Positions 1 to 8,984 of a DNA stretch of 54,208 bases are shown piece after piece (within the stretch, counting starts at the first letter, position 1; every line of letters begins with the position of its first letter). Both the position numbers and the translations under genes were made by a program. A model generated the notes under the pieces. That model saw only the letters and a list, made by a program, of their open reading frames with translations, ran no database searches and was not told the origin of the DNA. This stretch comes from an uncultured Muribaculaceae bacterium (lineage in GTDB: Bacteria; Bacteroidota; Bacteroidia; Bacteroidales; Muribaculaceae), in the NCBI GenBank assembly GCA_938039795.1, contig CALHWU010000164.1:1-54208 (forward strand). The letters run 5' to 3'.

Positions 1-285
1 TGCCGCGCGCTGGTGCTGCTCGACTTCGGGGGGCGCATCGACTTCGAGTGGGACGTCGTTTTCACCCGCGAATATGTGGGCGACACGCCGACGGAGATGA
101 TGAGCCATTTCTTCAAGAGCCTCGCCTCGGCCATGCGGTGCAATCTCCACATTTCCGCCCGTGGCGACAACAACCATCATATAGCCGAAGCCATATTCAA
201 GGCTTTCGCCCGCGCTCTGAAGGCCGCCGTGCGCCGCGACCCGTTCAACTCCGCTGCCATCGCCTCCAGCAAAGGCATCATATAA
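1..285 (+). CDS. hisB: Imidazoleglycerol-phosphate dehydratase, C-terminal part (5' truncated by window)
   Basis: Open frame from base 1; HFFKSL and NNHHIAEAIFKAFARAL IGPD motifs; precedes hisH-A-F-IE. Confidence 0.95.
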   Translation, partial: CRALVLLDFGGRIDFEWDVVFTREYVGDTPTEMMSHFFKSLASAMRCNLHISARGDNNHHIAEAIFKAFARALKAAVRRDPFNSAAIASSKGII

Positions 286-300
286 AAGACATATCAGATC

Positions 301-888
301 ATGATAGCTATAATAGATTACGGGATGGGCAACATCCGCTCGGTGGAGAACGCGCTGCGCCGGGCCGGAGCCGAATGGACACTTACGGATGATGCCGCTG
401 TGATAGGACGGGCCGACCGGGTGCTTCTCCCCGGCGTAGGCCATTGTGGCGAAGCCATGGAGCGGCTGCGCGGACTCGGGCTGACTGAAGTGATACGCCG
501 GCTTCATAGGCCGGTGCTGGGTATCTGCGTCGGCATGCAGCTTATGTGCCGCCACACCGAGGAGGGCGACGCCGAATGCCTCGGCATATTCGACGCACAC
601 GTCAGGCGTCTGCCGGAGGCTCACGGCGTCAAAGTCCCCAATATGGGCTGGTGCCGGATCTCCAACACGGAAGGCCCACTTTTCAAAGATATGCAAAAAG
701 GCGAATATGCCTATTTTGTCCACAGCTACTACGCCCACAACTGCTCCGACACGATAGCCACCACCCGCCACGGCGACAGGCTGATCAGCGCGGCCCTCCG
801 ATGGGAGAATTTCTACGGTGTGCAGTTTCACCCCGAGAAGAGCGGCGCCACGGGCGAACGGATAATCCGTAACTTCCTTAATATCTGA
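301..888 (+). CDS. hisH: Imidazole glycerol phosphate synthase glutamine amidotransferase subunit
   Basis: IIDYGMGNIRSV, LGICVGMQ (catalytic Cys), QFHPEKS. Confidence 0.97.
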   Translation: MIAIIDYGMGNIRSVENALRRAGAEWTLTDDAAVIGRADRVLLPGVGHCGEAMERLRGLGLTEVIRRLHRPVLGICVGMQLMCRHTEEGDAECLGIFDAHVRRLPEAHGVKVPNMGWCRISNTEGPLFKDMQKGEYAYFVHSYYAHNCSDTIATTRHGDRLISAALRWENFYGVQFHPEKSGATGERIIRNFLNI

Positions 889-919
889 ACTCATCCAATC
901 CTTACCGATCCATAATACA

Positions 920-1654
920 ATGATAGAGATAATACCCGCCATAGACATCATCGGAGGCCGTTGCGTCAGACTGTCGCAAGGCGATTATTCCCGGCTGACA
1001 ACTTACGACGAAGAACCCTCGGAAGCTGCCCGTCGCCTGGCCGACGCAGGGGTCAGCCGCATTCACGTGGTGGATCTCGACGGGGCCAAGTCCGGCGCGC
1101 CTGCCAACCTGCGGGCGGTGGAAGCGATCGCATCGCTCGGGCTTGTCGATATCGAGCTCGGGGGAGGTCTGAAATCCGACAGTGCCCTCCGGTCGGCATT
1201 CGACGCCGGAGCCGTCTACGCTATAGGAGGCAGCGTTGCAGTGAAAGATCCCGCGACATTCGCCTCGTGGCTTCACACCTACACCCCTCAGCGGATCATA
1301 CTCGGCGCCGACGTACGCGACGGACAAGTCGCAGTCAACGGCTGGCTTGAAGTATCGGATATGACTGCGGAGACTCTGATCGGACGCTTTATCCCCGACG
1401 GCCTCACCCAGGCGATCTGCACCGATATAGCGAGCGACGGGATGCTCGGCGGTCCGGCGACGGAGATGTACACTACGCTCACGGAGCGCTTCCCGGAGGT
1501 GACTGTGACAGTAAGCGGAGGCATATCATCGATGGACGACATACGCCGCCTCGACGGTCTCGGCCTGAAGAGAGTCATAGTAGGCAAAGCCATCTACGAG
1601 GGCCATATAACACTGAAAGAGATCGAAAGATATATCACCGCCAACCGACTTTGA
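920..1654 (+). CDS. hisA: ProFAR isomerase
   Basis: IIPAIDIIGGRCVRL, HVVDLDGA, TDIASDGML motifs; his operon context. Confidence 0.97.
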   Translation: MIEIIPAIDIIGGRCVRLSQGDYSRLTTYDEEPSEAARRLADAGVSRIHVVDLDGAKSGAPANLRAVEAIASLGLVDIELGGGLKSDSALRSAFDAGAVYAIGGSVAVKDPATFASWLHTYTPQRIILGADVRDGQVAVNGWLEVSDMTAETLIGRFIPDGLTQAICTDIASDGMLGGPATEMYTTLTERFPEVTVTVSGGISSMDDIRRLDGLGLKRVIVGKAIYEGHITLKEIERYITANRL

Positions 1655-1662
1655 CATAATCC

Positions 1663-2418
1663 ATGCCAGCAAAAAGAATCATTCCGTGTCTCGACGTAAA
1701 GAACGGCCGCACGGTCAAAGGGATAAATTTCGAAGGGCTTGCCGATGTCGGCGACCCTGTGGAACTCGGTGCTCGCTATGCCGCACAAGGGGCCGACGAA
1801 CTCGTCTACCTTGACATCAGCGCTTCACGCGAGGGACGCAATACGCTTGTCTGCCTCGTGGAGCGTATTGCCGACCGCATCAGCATTCCGTTCACCGTAG
1901 GCGGAGGCATCGCATCGCTCGACGACGCATCGCGGCTGCTCGACGCCGGAGCCGACAAGATCACCATCAACAGCGCCGCCGTAGCCGAGCCCGCACTTAT
2001 AAGCCGGATAGCCCGACGATACGGCTCGCAGTTTGTAGTCGTAGCCATAGATGCACGCAGCGAATGCGGAAAATGGCGTGTGACCACCCATGGCGGATCG
2101 CGGCTGACCGACCGCGAACTGATCGACTGGGCCCGCGAAGCCGAAGAGCGTGGAGCCGGAGAGATAATGTTCACTTCAATGGATCATGACGGCACCCGGA
2201 GCGGCTATCCGTGCTCCACGTTCGCTGCCCTGGCCGACGCGGTAGGCATACCGGTCATCGCTTCGGGAGGCGCCGGCAGCGTGGCCGATATAGCCGATGT
2301 GCTGACCGTCGGAAAAGCCGACGCGGCTCTCGCCGCGTCGATATTCCACTACGGGGAGATCAGCATAGGAGAGCTTAAGCGACAGCTTGCAGCGAAAGGA
2401 CTGGAAATGAGATTATGA
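1663..2418 (+). CDS. hisF: Imidazole glycerol phosphate synthase cyclase subunit
   Basis: KRIIPCLDV, GADELVYLDI, TSMDHDGT, ALAASIFH. Confidence 0.97.
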   Translation: MPAKRIIPCLDVKNGRTVKGINFEGLADVGDPVELGARYAAQGADELVYLDISASREGRNTLVCLVERIADRISIPFTVGGGIASLDDASRLLDAGADKITINSAAVAEPALISRIARRYGSQFVVVAIDARSECGKWRVTTHGGSRLTDRELIDWAREAEERGAGEIMFTSMDHDGTRSGYPCSTFAALADAVGIPVIASGGAGSVADIADVLTVGKADAALAASIFHYGEISIGELKRQLAAKGLEMRL

Positions 2419-2431
2419 AAAAAGATGCAGA

Positions 2432-3031
2432 ATGATGGACTTTGACGACTTCCGGCTCGAAAAGACCGGCGACGGACTGCTTCCTGTCATAGTGCAGGAC
2501 GCCACGACTCTGCGGGTGCTGATGCTCGGCTATATGAACCGCGAGGCATATGAACTCACATGCCGGCATGGACGGGTGACTTTCTACTCCCGTTCGCGGC
2601 AATCACTCTGGCTCAAGGGAGAGACGAGCGGCCACTACCTCGAAGTGGTCGACATGCTGCCCGACTGCGATCTCGACACACTCCTCATAAAAGCGAAACC
2701 GGCTGGTCCGACATGTCATCGCGGCACTACCGCTTGCTTTGATACCGACGAGTCTGAAGGCTTCATCAGGAGCCTGGGAGCGCTTATCGCCGAGCGTCAC
2801 CGCCAGATGCCAGAAGATTCATATACCACCCGGCTGTTTGTGAAAGGAGTAAAAAAAATCGCCCAAAAAGTGGGCGAAGAAGCGGTGGAAACCGTAGTAG
2901 AAGCGGTCGACGGCAACCGCGACCGCTTCATGTATGAGATATCCGACCTCGTATACCACGGGCTCGTGCTGCTTGAGGAAATGGGTCTGACCATCACCGA
3001 CCTGGAGCGCGAACTGCGACGCCGCCACTGA
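2432..3031 (+). CDS. hisIE: Bifunctional phosphoribosyl-AMP cyclohydrolase / phosphoribosyl-ATP pyrophosphatase
   Basis: WLKGETSGH, DCDLDTLL, GPTCHRG, SYTTRLF, KVGEEAVE; start may be the second ATG at 2435. Confidence 0.96.
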   Translation: MMDFDDFRLEKTGDGLLPVIVQDATTLRVLMLGYMNREAYELTCRHGRVTFYSRSRQSLWLKGETSGHYLEVVDMLPDCDLDTLLIKAKPAGPTCHRGTTACFDTDESEGFIRSLGALIAERHRQMPEDSYTTRLFVKGVKKIAQKVGEEAVETVVEAVDGNRDRFMYEISDLVYHGLVLLEEMGLTITDLERELRRRH

Positions 3032-3041
3032 CGGCGCGCCG

Positions 3042-3428
3042 TCAGCGCGTACGCGGCTGAATCGGTTTCTGGGCAGGAGGCAGGGCAGGCCCCGGATTGG
3101 TATTGACCGGCGGACGCCAGCCGGGCGGAGGCACCACTCCATTGCCCGGGCGCACCGCCGGACGGTTGACAACCGCTCCCGGACGTAAAGGGGGCCTGAC
3201 CGACGGTATGTAGGAAGGCCCCGGCCACCAGCCGTTGTTCCAGCCGTTCCAGTTGTAAGATCCGGGCCAGTAGCCCGACCATGGGGAATAGACCGGCGTG
3301 CTCACTCCTATACCGAGGTTCCCTCCATATCCGAGAGGCACGTCGACCGATGTATCCCACATCGCATCACACGATGTCAGTGCGAGCAGCGCCGAGGCGG
3401 ATATTATGATGCGGTTAATTATTTTCAT
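3042..3428 (-). CDS. Hypothetical Pro/Gly/Trp-rich lipoprotein (128 aa)
   Basis: ATG at 3428 gives MKIINRIIISASALLALTSC (lipobox LTSC), then a low-complexity W/G/N-rich and Pro-rich tail. Confidence 0.7.
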   Translation of the reverse strand: MKIINRIIISASALLALTSCDAMWDTSVDVPLGYGGNLGIGVSTPVYSPWSGYWPGSYNWNGWNNGWWPGPSYIPSVRPPLRPGAVVNRPAVRPGNGVVPPPGWRPPVNTNPGPALPPAQKPIQPRTR

Positions 3429-3473
3429 GACTGTCGATATTTTGATTGTCACATCCGAAGCGGATATAATATA

Positions 3474-3499
3474 GAACACCCGACAGCCCTCTAAAGTTG
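3474..3499 (-). promoter_or_regulatory. Candidate ECF-sigma promoter (CAAC-N17-TGTT)
   Basis: Minus strand caac-tttagagggctgtcggg-tgtt about 47 nt upstream of the lipoprotein ATG; same spacing at 21081-21105 and 47054-47079. Confidence 0.45.
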
Positions 3500-3505
3500 A
3501 GACAG

Positions 3506-3556
3506 GAAAAGCAAAGCGGCGTGTCGGTTTCTTATGCAGAAACGACACGCCGCTTT
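3506..3556 (-). terminator. Intrinsic terminator downstream of the nan locus
   Basis: Inverted repeat aaagcggcgtgtcg(g)tttct / agaaacgacacgccgcttt followed on the minus strand by a T-rich tract (tttgcttttc). Confidence 0.75.
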
Positions 3557-3594
3557 ATGTCTCAGAGGCAGTTACCCTCCGGAAGCTGCTGTGG

Positions 3595-6500
3595 TCAGAT
3601 GCGTATGGCCGATACCGCCGTGGTGCGGATACGGGGTTTCAGCTCACCTCCGATCAGTATTATTTCGGCATCGGGAGTGATCGCCGCGGCTGCGCCCGCA
3701 CGTGCTGTTGCCTCGTCGTCGGCAGCGACGCTCCAGCTCTGCGTGGCGGGATCGAACACCATCACACGGCTATTGAAACGATACCACTCGATCGGATGCG
3801 ACAGGTAGTCGGGGGCCTGATTGCGGAGAGCCTCAAGGAATACGTCCTTGTTGACACCCCCCATGGCGGCTATGCGGCCGTCGGGGAGAGCCACAGCCAC
3901 TCCTCCGCCGAGCGAAACCTCCTCGCCCGACTTGTCGACAGGCGCCGGTGCCTCGCTCCACTTGCCTTTGCCCGACAGCTGATAGCAGAGTCCATCGGTG
4001 TTGAGCGATGCCTCGCGGCCCTCGCCCTTACCGGCGAAACCGCCCCAGAGATAAAGACACTCTCGGCCCTTGGCGTCCTTCGACGCGGCCATGACCGGCT
4101 GCACGCGTGGATTGCCCGGGAACGATGCGAGAGCCTTCCAGCCCTTCGAAAGGTCATTGAGGTCAAGACAAAGAAGTTCATTGGAGGGCTTGCCGGCCAC
4201 ATTGCCGCCAGCCACATATACGCGTCCGCCGGCATAGCAGGCGGCCATGTTGTCGATAGCTTCAGGCAGCTCGGGCAGCGGCGATACCTCCGCCTCCCCG
4301 TCGTCGCTGACAGTGATGAGCGACACCTGGCGCAGAGCGGCCGTGGCGGAGGTTCCCCCTATTATCACGAGTCCTTCGGGCGTCGTGGCTGATACTCCGT
4401 AGGCCATCGGCTCGGGCAGATGACCGATAAGGGTGGCCTCGGCCTGACCGTTTTCACCGGGTGTCAGCGCATAGATGCCGGAATAGAACTTTTTCTGCGC
4501 TCCGGGAGCCATAGGATTGGAAGGAAAATTGCAGCCGCCGGCGCGGATGATGCGTCCTGAGGCCATTCCGGCGAACGCGGCCGACACTCCGGCCTCGATG
4601 CCGGGCTCGCTGGTGGGCGCCTCGCTGACGGGCAGTTTGAATGTAGAGGCCGGCAGATTGTCGGCATTTACCAGGTTGGCGCGGGTAAACGGCTGCCAGC
4701 CGTAGCGCACGAAGCGCGGTTGTGATTCTGACATATGTGTGGAAGTAAGTTTGATTATATTATCGGAAACGATTTCGGCCTTGGCCGGATAGTAACGGCC
4801 GTCATAACAGGCCATCTCGAAAGTGCGGAGCGGAGCGCCGTCTGAAGAGTGCATGCCAAGGCCGTTGACAAACGTCAGAATGACCTCTCCGGGAGCGTTC
4901 AGCTCAGCCTTGACTGGCGACGGACCTTCCGGCACAATGCCGGTCATCGAATAGACCCTGTGGAGAGCCTGCCGGGCGAAACGTTCGCCGATGGGACGCT
5001 TGTCGGTGGGATGCACGTCGAGGGAGTCGCCCTTGTCGCTTGTCACCACCATAGCCGTGCCGGGTATCGCCTGTGCGAGACGGCGCTGACTGTCGCGGAA
5101 CTTGGGCCACGAGGGACGGTTGAGCGAACTCAGCTGAGCGAATATGAACGGCATCTCAGGCTGGTTGAAAGCCTGGCGGAAGCTCTTGACCACAAGCGGC
5201 AGAAGCTTCTCATGCACCTCGATATTGTTGGCGTTCGACTCTCCCTGATACCATATGGTGCCGGCTATCGGGAATCCGGCGAGAGGCCTTATGCCGGTAG
5301 CGAACAGAAATGTGGGTTCGTAGGGATGATGATGCGCCAGACCGGCCTTGTCGGTGCCGGTGTTCTCTCCGGCGCGCTTCTGCACCCATGGCTGTATATA
5401 GTCATTGCGTCGCCAGTTGACGAGCACTTCGGGCATCTCACGGCTGAGCACCTCGATGTCCACCCACGACTCTGTGCCGGAGCCGCCTATGGCGTTGCAG
5501 ATAATTCCCACCGGCACTTTCAGACTGTCGCGGAGCACACGGGCGAAATGCCAGGCCACTGCCGACATGCGTCGGGCCGAACGGGTGTCGGATTTCACCC
5601 AGCGCGTAGGCAGATAATAATCGAGGCTGTCTATGCGCGCCAACACTGTATCGGGCCACTGCGCCGAGTTGGTAATCGCTCTGGGAAGCATGTCGAACAG
5701 GCGGAGCATCGGATCATTCATCAGCGCGCTGTCAGCGGCGAAAGTCTTGGTATGAGCCATATTGAACTCCATGTTGCTCTGGCCCGACGCGAGCCATACT
5801 TCTCCTACAGCGATGTCGGAGAATTCGAGCCTGCTGCGCCCGTCGCTGACTGTCATGCTCAGGCCGGTGGCTTCCTTCATGGGGGGTAGGGTCACCGACC
5901 AGCGGCCGCGATTGTCGGCTTTGGCTGAAGCCGATGCCTGACCGAGAGTCACCCTGACTTCAGAGCCAGCGTCGGCGGTGCCATTGACTGTAACCGGACG
6001 GTAGCGCTGCACGACCATGCCGTCGCCCCACACCTCGGGCAGCTTCAGGCCACCGTAATTGCCCGTAATAGCCTTATAGACAGTGCGTGCCAGAAGAGTC
6101 GCTCCCTCGGCGTTGGGATGCAGACCGTCGGCGAGCAGATTCTGCCGGTCAAGCAGCGGTTCATTGAAATCTATAAGCTCTGATCCTGTGATTTCCGCCA
6201 CGTCGGCCACGCACGCTCTCACTGCGTCGCGCCATTCACACGTGCCTGAGCGCCAGCGGTAGTGGGTTGTGCGCACCGGCGATATGTTGGCTATGATCAC
6301 TCTCACCTTCGGATTGCGTGCGCGTAGCGAATCAATCAGCTCCACATAGTCGCCGACGAAATCGTCGCTGAAATCGGGCCAGTCGCGCGGATCGGTATCG
6401 TTGACGCCGAGATGTATCACGGCTATGTCGCCGGCGAAGTCCTTGGCGGCCGCGCACTCCTCTGTCGCATTGTAGGGACGGTGTCCGCGCTTCATGAGAG

Positions 6501-6711
6501 TCGCGCCGCTGCGGCCGAAGTTGCCCACCTCATAATCCGGCCCGAGCATCCGGGCGAGCTGCGAGGGATAGCTGTCGCGCTGCGGATCGGGGATAGTGGC
6601 CCCGTAGGTGATGCTGTTGCCAACGCAGGCCACCTTCACTTTGGCCATTGACGGCACGGCAGCCAACGTCATGACAGCTGCCGCGCACAGCGTTGTTAGA
6701 GTTTTTTTCAT
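3595..6711 (-). CDS. Secreted fusion: SGNH/GDSL esterase + sialate O-acetylesterase (SASA/DUF303-type) + cyclically permuted Neu5Ac mutarotase (NanM-like kelch) domain
   Basis: Signal peptide; ACVGNSITYG...DGLHP (SGNH); GEVWLASGQSNM, WYQGESN, DVHP (SASA); C-terminal GVSAAFAG..GGCNFP and GGELKPRIRT typical of Bacteroidetes mutarotase-family proteins; lies in the nan operon. Confidence 0.85.
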   Translation of the reverse strand: MKKTLTTLCAAAVMTLAAVPSMAKVKVACVGNSITYGATIPDPQRDSYPSQLARMLGPDYEVGNFGRSGATLMKRGHRPYNATEECAAAKDFAGDIAVIHLGVNDTDPRDWPDFSDDFVGDYVELIDSLRARNPKVRVIIANISPVRTTHYRWRSGTCEWRDAVRACVADVAEITGSELIDFNEPLLDRQNLLADGLHPNAEGATLLARTVYKAITGNYGGLKLPEVWGDGMVVQRYRPVTVNGTADAGSEVRVTLGQASASAKADNRGRWSVTLPPMKEATGLSMTVSDGRSRLEFSDIAVGEVWLASGQSNMEFNMAHTKTFAADSALMNDPMLRLFDMLPRAITNSAQWPDTVLARIDSLDYYLPTRWVKSDTRSARRMSAVAWHFARVLRDSLKVPVGIICNAIGGSGTESWVDIEVLSREMPEVLVNWRRNDYIQPWVQKRAGENTGTDKAGLAHHHPYEPTFLFATGIRPLAGFPIAGTIWYQGESNANNIEVHEKLLPLVVKSFRQAFNQPEMPFIFAQLSSLNRPSWPKFRDSQRRLAQAIPGTAMVVTSDKGDSLDVHPTDKRPIGERFARQALHRVYSMTGIVPEGPSPVKAELNAPGEVILTFVNGLGMHSSDGAPLRTFEMACYDGRYYPAKAEIVSDNIIKLTSTHMSESQPRFVRYGWQPFTRANLVNADNLPASTFKLPVSEAPTSEPGIEAGVSAAFAGMASGRIIRAGGCNFPSNPMAPGAQKKFYSGIYALTPGENGQAEATLIGHLPEPMAYGVSATTPEGLVIIGGTSATAALRQVSLITVSDDGEAEVSPLPELPEAIDNMAACYAGGRVYVAGGNVAGKPSNELLCLDLNDLSKGWKALASFPGNPRVQPVMAASKDAKGRECLYLWGGFAGKGEGREASLNTDGLCYQLSGKGKWSEAPAPVDKSGEEVSLGGGVAVALPDGRIAAMGGVNKDVFLEALRNQAPDYLSHPIEWYRFNSRVMVFDPATQSWSVAADDEATARAGAAAAITPDAEIILIGGELKPRIRTTAVSAIRI

Positions 6712-6722
6712 GGGTGTCTGTC

Positions 6723-6772
6723 AAAAGACCTCGGGCCGTCGGCGGCCATCATGCCGCAGACAGCCCGAGGTC
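6723..6772 (-). terminator. Intra-operon hairpin with short U-tract between nanE and the esterase-mutarotase gene
   Basis: gacctcgggc(6727-6736)...gcccgaggtc(6763-6772) with inner pairing; TTTT follows on the minus strand. Confidence 0.5.
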
Positions 6773-6803
6773 GGTTAATTTCAGTAAACAGTAATAGGCA
6801 TCG

Positions 6804-8015
6804 TCAGCGTTTTGCCGCGAGAATATCGTCGATGAGCATCTGGCTCTTGACGAGCATGCGCGGTATGTGGAACGGCCCTTTGAACAGGTTGCCCTTGGCG
6901 GGCTGTGCCACGCTGCCGTCGCGATGGAGATATCCGAACCACTCGCCATATACCGGATCAGGCAGGAACTCGTAGGTCCAGTCGTTGGCCATGCGGTGCA
7001 TTTCGAGATATTTCGTGTCGCCTGTGGCGAGATATGCGTAGAGAGTGGCTATGACAGCCTCGGTCTGCGGCCACCAGAACTTCATGTCCTGCGAATAGTC
7101 CTGTGCGGGGAACTTCTTGCAGTCGCGGAAATTGATAAGTCCGCCAAACTCCTCGTCCCATCCCCAGTCCCACGACCAGTCGAGGATCTGGAGCGCCATA
7201 TCCTTTATCTCCTTGCCTTTGCCTTCGTCCCATCCGCGATAGCGGGCCTCCTCAAGGAGGAACCATGCGGTCTCGATGCAGTGGCCAGGATTGATTACGC
7301 GCCCATTGATCGTGTCGATGAGTTCGCCTTCGGGCGTCACCATCTCCAGAAGCGCCTTGAATTCGGGGTGTATGAACTTCGTGCGGATCAGTTCGAGCGA
7401 ACGGTCGATCTGCTGGTCAAGCATCGGATCGGGCATCACTTCACGGACGCGTGCGGCCGTGTTGATGAGTATCATCGTGATACTGTGGCCGATGGCAGGC
7501 TGCGTAGGCAGATATTTCGGCTCCAGAATGCCGGGAGTATTGATGAAGCGCACCACCTCCTTGAAAAGGCGGAGAGCTTTCTCGGCATACGAGCGGTCGC
7601 CTGTGGCCTGAGAATACTCCGCCATGGCTATTATGGCGAAACACTCGGAGAACACATAGCGGCGCTTGCGCAGGGGGCGTCCGTCGGCAGTCACCTCGAA
7701 ATACATGCGGCCGTCGGTCGGGTCGATGCAGTGGGCCTCGATGAAGTCGATGCAGCTCTTGGCCATCGCGAGGTATTCGGGTCGCTTGTCGATGTTGTTG
7801 TAGGCAAACGAATAGACAAACGGACAGCGTCCCTGGAACCACACGGATTTGGTACCGTCCATGAGCTTGCCCTCACGGTCGACGCATGTGTAGACGCCTC
7901 CGTTCACCTTGTCAAGTCCGTGCTTGAGCCAGAAAGGCAGTATGTCGTCGAGGAGATCGTGGCGGTAATGCTCGCGCCACTCGGTAAGATATTTTTCAGT
8001 GTCTATTGTCCACAT
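6804..8015 (-). CDS. nanE: N-acyl-D-glucosamine 2-epimerase (AGE family; Bacteroides-type ManNAc epimerase)
   Basis: KSVWFQGR, NPGHCIETAWF, KFWWPQTE, KGPFHIPR; adjacent to Neu5Ac lyase. Confidence 0.92.
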   Translation of the reverse strand: MWTIDTEKYLTEWREHYRHDLLDDILPFWLKHGLDKVNGGVYTCVDREGKLMDGTKSVWFQGRCPFVYSFAYNNIDKRPEYLAMAKSCIDFIEAHCIDPTDGRMYFEVTADGRPLRKRRYVFSECFAIIAMAEYSQATGDRSYAEKALRLFKEVVRFINTPGILEPKYLPTQPAIGHSITMILINTAARVREVMPDPMLDQQIDRSLELIRTKFIHPEFKALLEMVTPEGELIDTINGRVINPGHCIETAWFLLEEARYRGWDEGKGKEIKDMALQILDWSWDWGWDEEFGGLINFRDCKKFPAQDYSQDMKFWWPQTEAVIATLYAYLATGDTKYLEMHRMANDWTYEFLPDPVYGEWFGYLHRDGSVAQPAKGNLFKGPFHIPRMLVKSQMLIDDILAAKR

Positions 8016-8021
8016 GATGAA

Positions 8022-8945
8022 TCAGAGTTTGTTGCACCTCTCGAAGAAACCGATGTTCTCCAGATCGGCCTTCATGGCGGCCTCTTCCTGGTCGGTCATG
8101 TTGCGGAAGGGTATGCGGTTCTTGCCGAGGTCCAGGCCGATGAGCTTCATGATGCGCTTGCCGCCGACGATGTTGCCGCGGTATTTGCAGATGACGTTGA
8201 TCACCTCCTGCGAGAAGTTCTGGTGCTCACGTGCGGCCTCGATGTCGCCGCGCTTCCACGCGTCGATTATGGCCACGAGCTCACGTCCGTTGTAGTTGGT
8301 GGTGCCGCCTATGCCGCCCTGTGCGCCGCCCATTGCGAGCGAGGGCAGGATGGTCTCGTCCTGGCCGTGGAGCATGTCGAACTTGCCGTCCTTGTAGAGG
8401 CGGCACTGGTTGTACTCGTAGATGCTCTCGAAGGTGTATTTGATGCCTGCGAAGTTGGGCACACGGCCATCGACAGCCTTAAGAAGCTCCGTCATAGGAA
8501 GGAAAGCGCCGTTGAATGCGGGGATATGATAGTAGTAGAACGGCAGTTCGGGCGCTCCGGCGGCTATCAGCTCGATGTATTCCACGAGCTCCTCGATACG
8601 TCCGATCTTGGGGAAGGGAGGAGCCATGGCTCCGATGCCCCACGCGCCGATCTCGGCGGCATGGCGGGCAAGCTCGCGCGCGCTCTTGGCGCAGCAGCTG
8701 CCCACATGGACTATCACTTTGAAATCGTCGGGCTTCGCTGCCATCCAGGCTTCGGCCAGACGCTTGCGCTCGTCGTCGGTGAGCATATAGCCTTCGCCCG
8801 ACGAACCGTTGATAAACACGCCTTTCAGGCCGTTTTTCTTCAGCATGGCCGCATACTCGGGTATAGGCGCATAGTTGACTTCGCCGTTCTCGAGGAATGG
8901 CGTGAACGGGGCGTCGATAAGGCCCTTGATTTTCTCGAATTCCAT
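8022..8945 (-). CDS. nanL: N-acetylneuraminate lyase (Bacteroides NanL type, DapA family)
   Basis: FINGSSGEG, YYYHIPAFNG, GIKYT (Schiff-base Lys), GIGGTTNY. Confidence 0.93.
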   Translation of the reverse strand: MEFEKIKGLIDAPFTPFLENGEVNYAPIPEYAAMLKKNGLKGVFINGSSGEGYMLTDDERKRLAEAWMAAKPDDFKVIVHVGSCCAKSARELARHAAEIGAWGIGAMAPPFPKIGRIEELVEYIELIAAGAPELPFYYYHIPAFNGAFLPMTELLKAVDGRVPNFAGIKYTFESIYEYNQCRLYKDGKFDMLHGQDETILPSLAMGGAQGGIGGTTNYNGRELVAIIDAWKRGDIEAAREHQNFSQEVINVICKYRGNIVGGKRIMKLIGLDLGKNRIPFRNMTDQEEAAMKADLENIGFFERCNKL

Positions 8946-8984
8946 AATAATGTTATTTTGTAGGATGATTGGTTCTTGTTTGCA

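Noticed and set aside
6867..8963. 698-aa plus-strand ORF
   Set aside because: Antisense shadow of nanE and nanL caused by high-GC codon bias; no recognisable motifs
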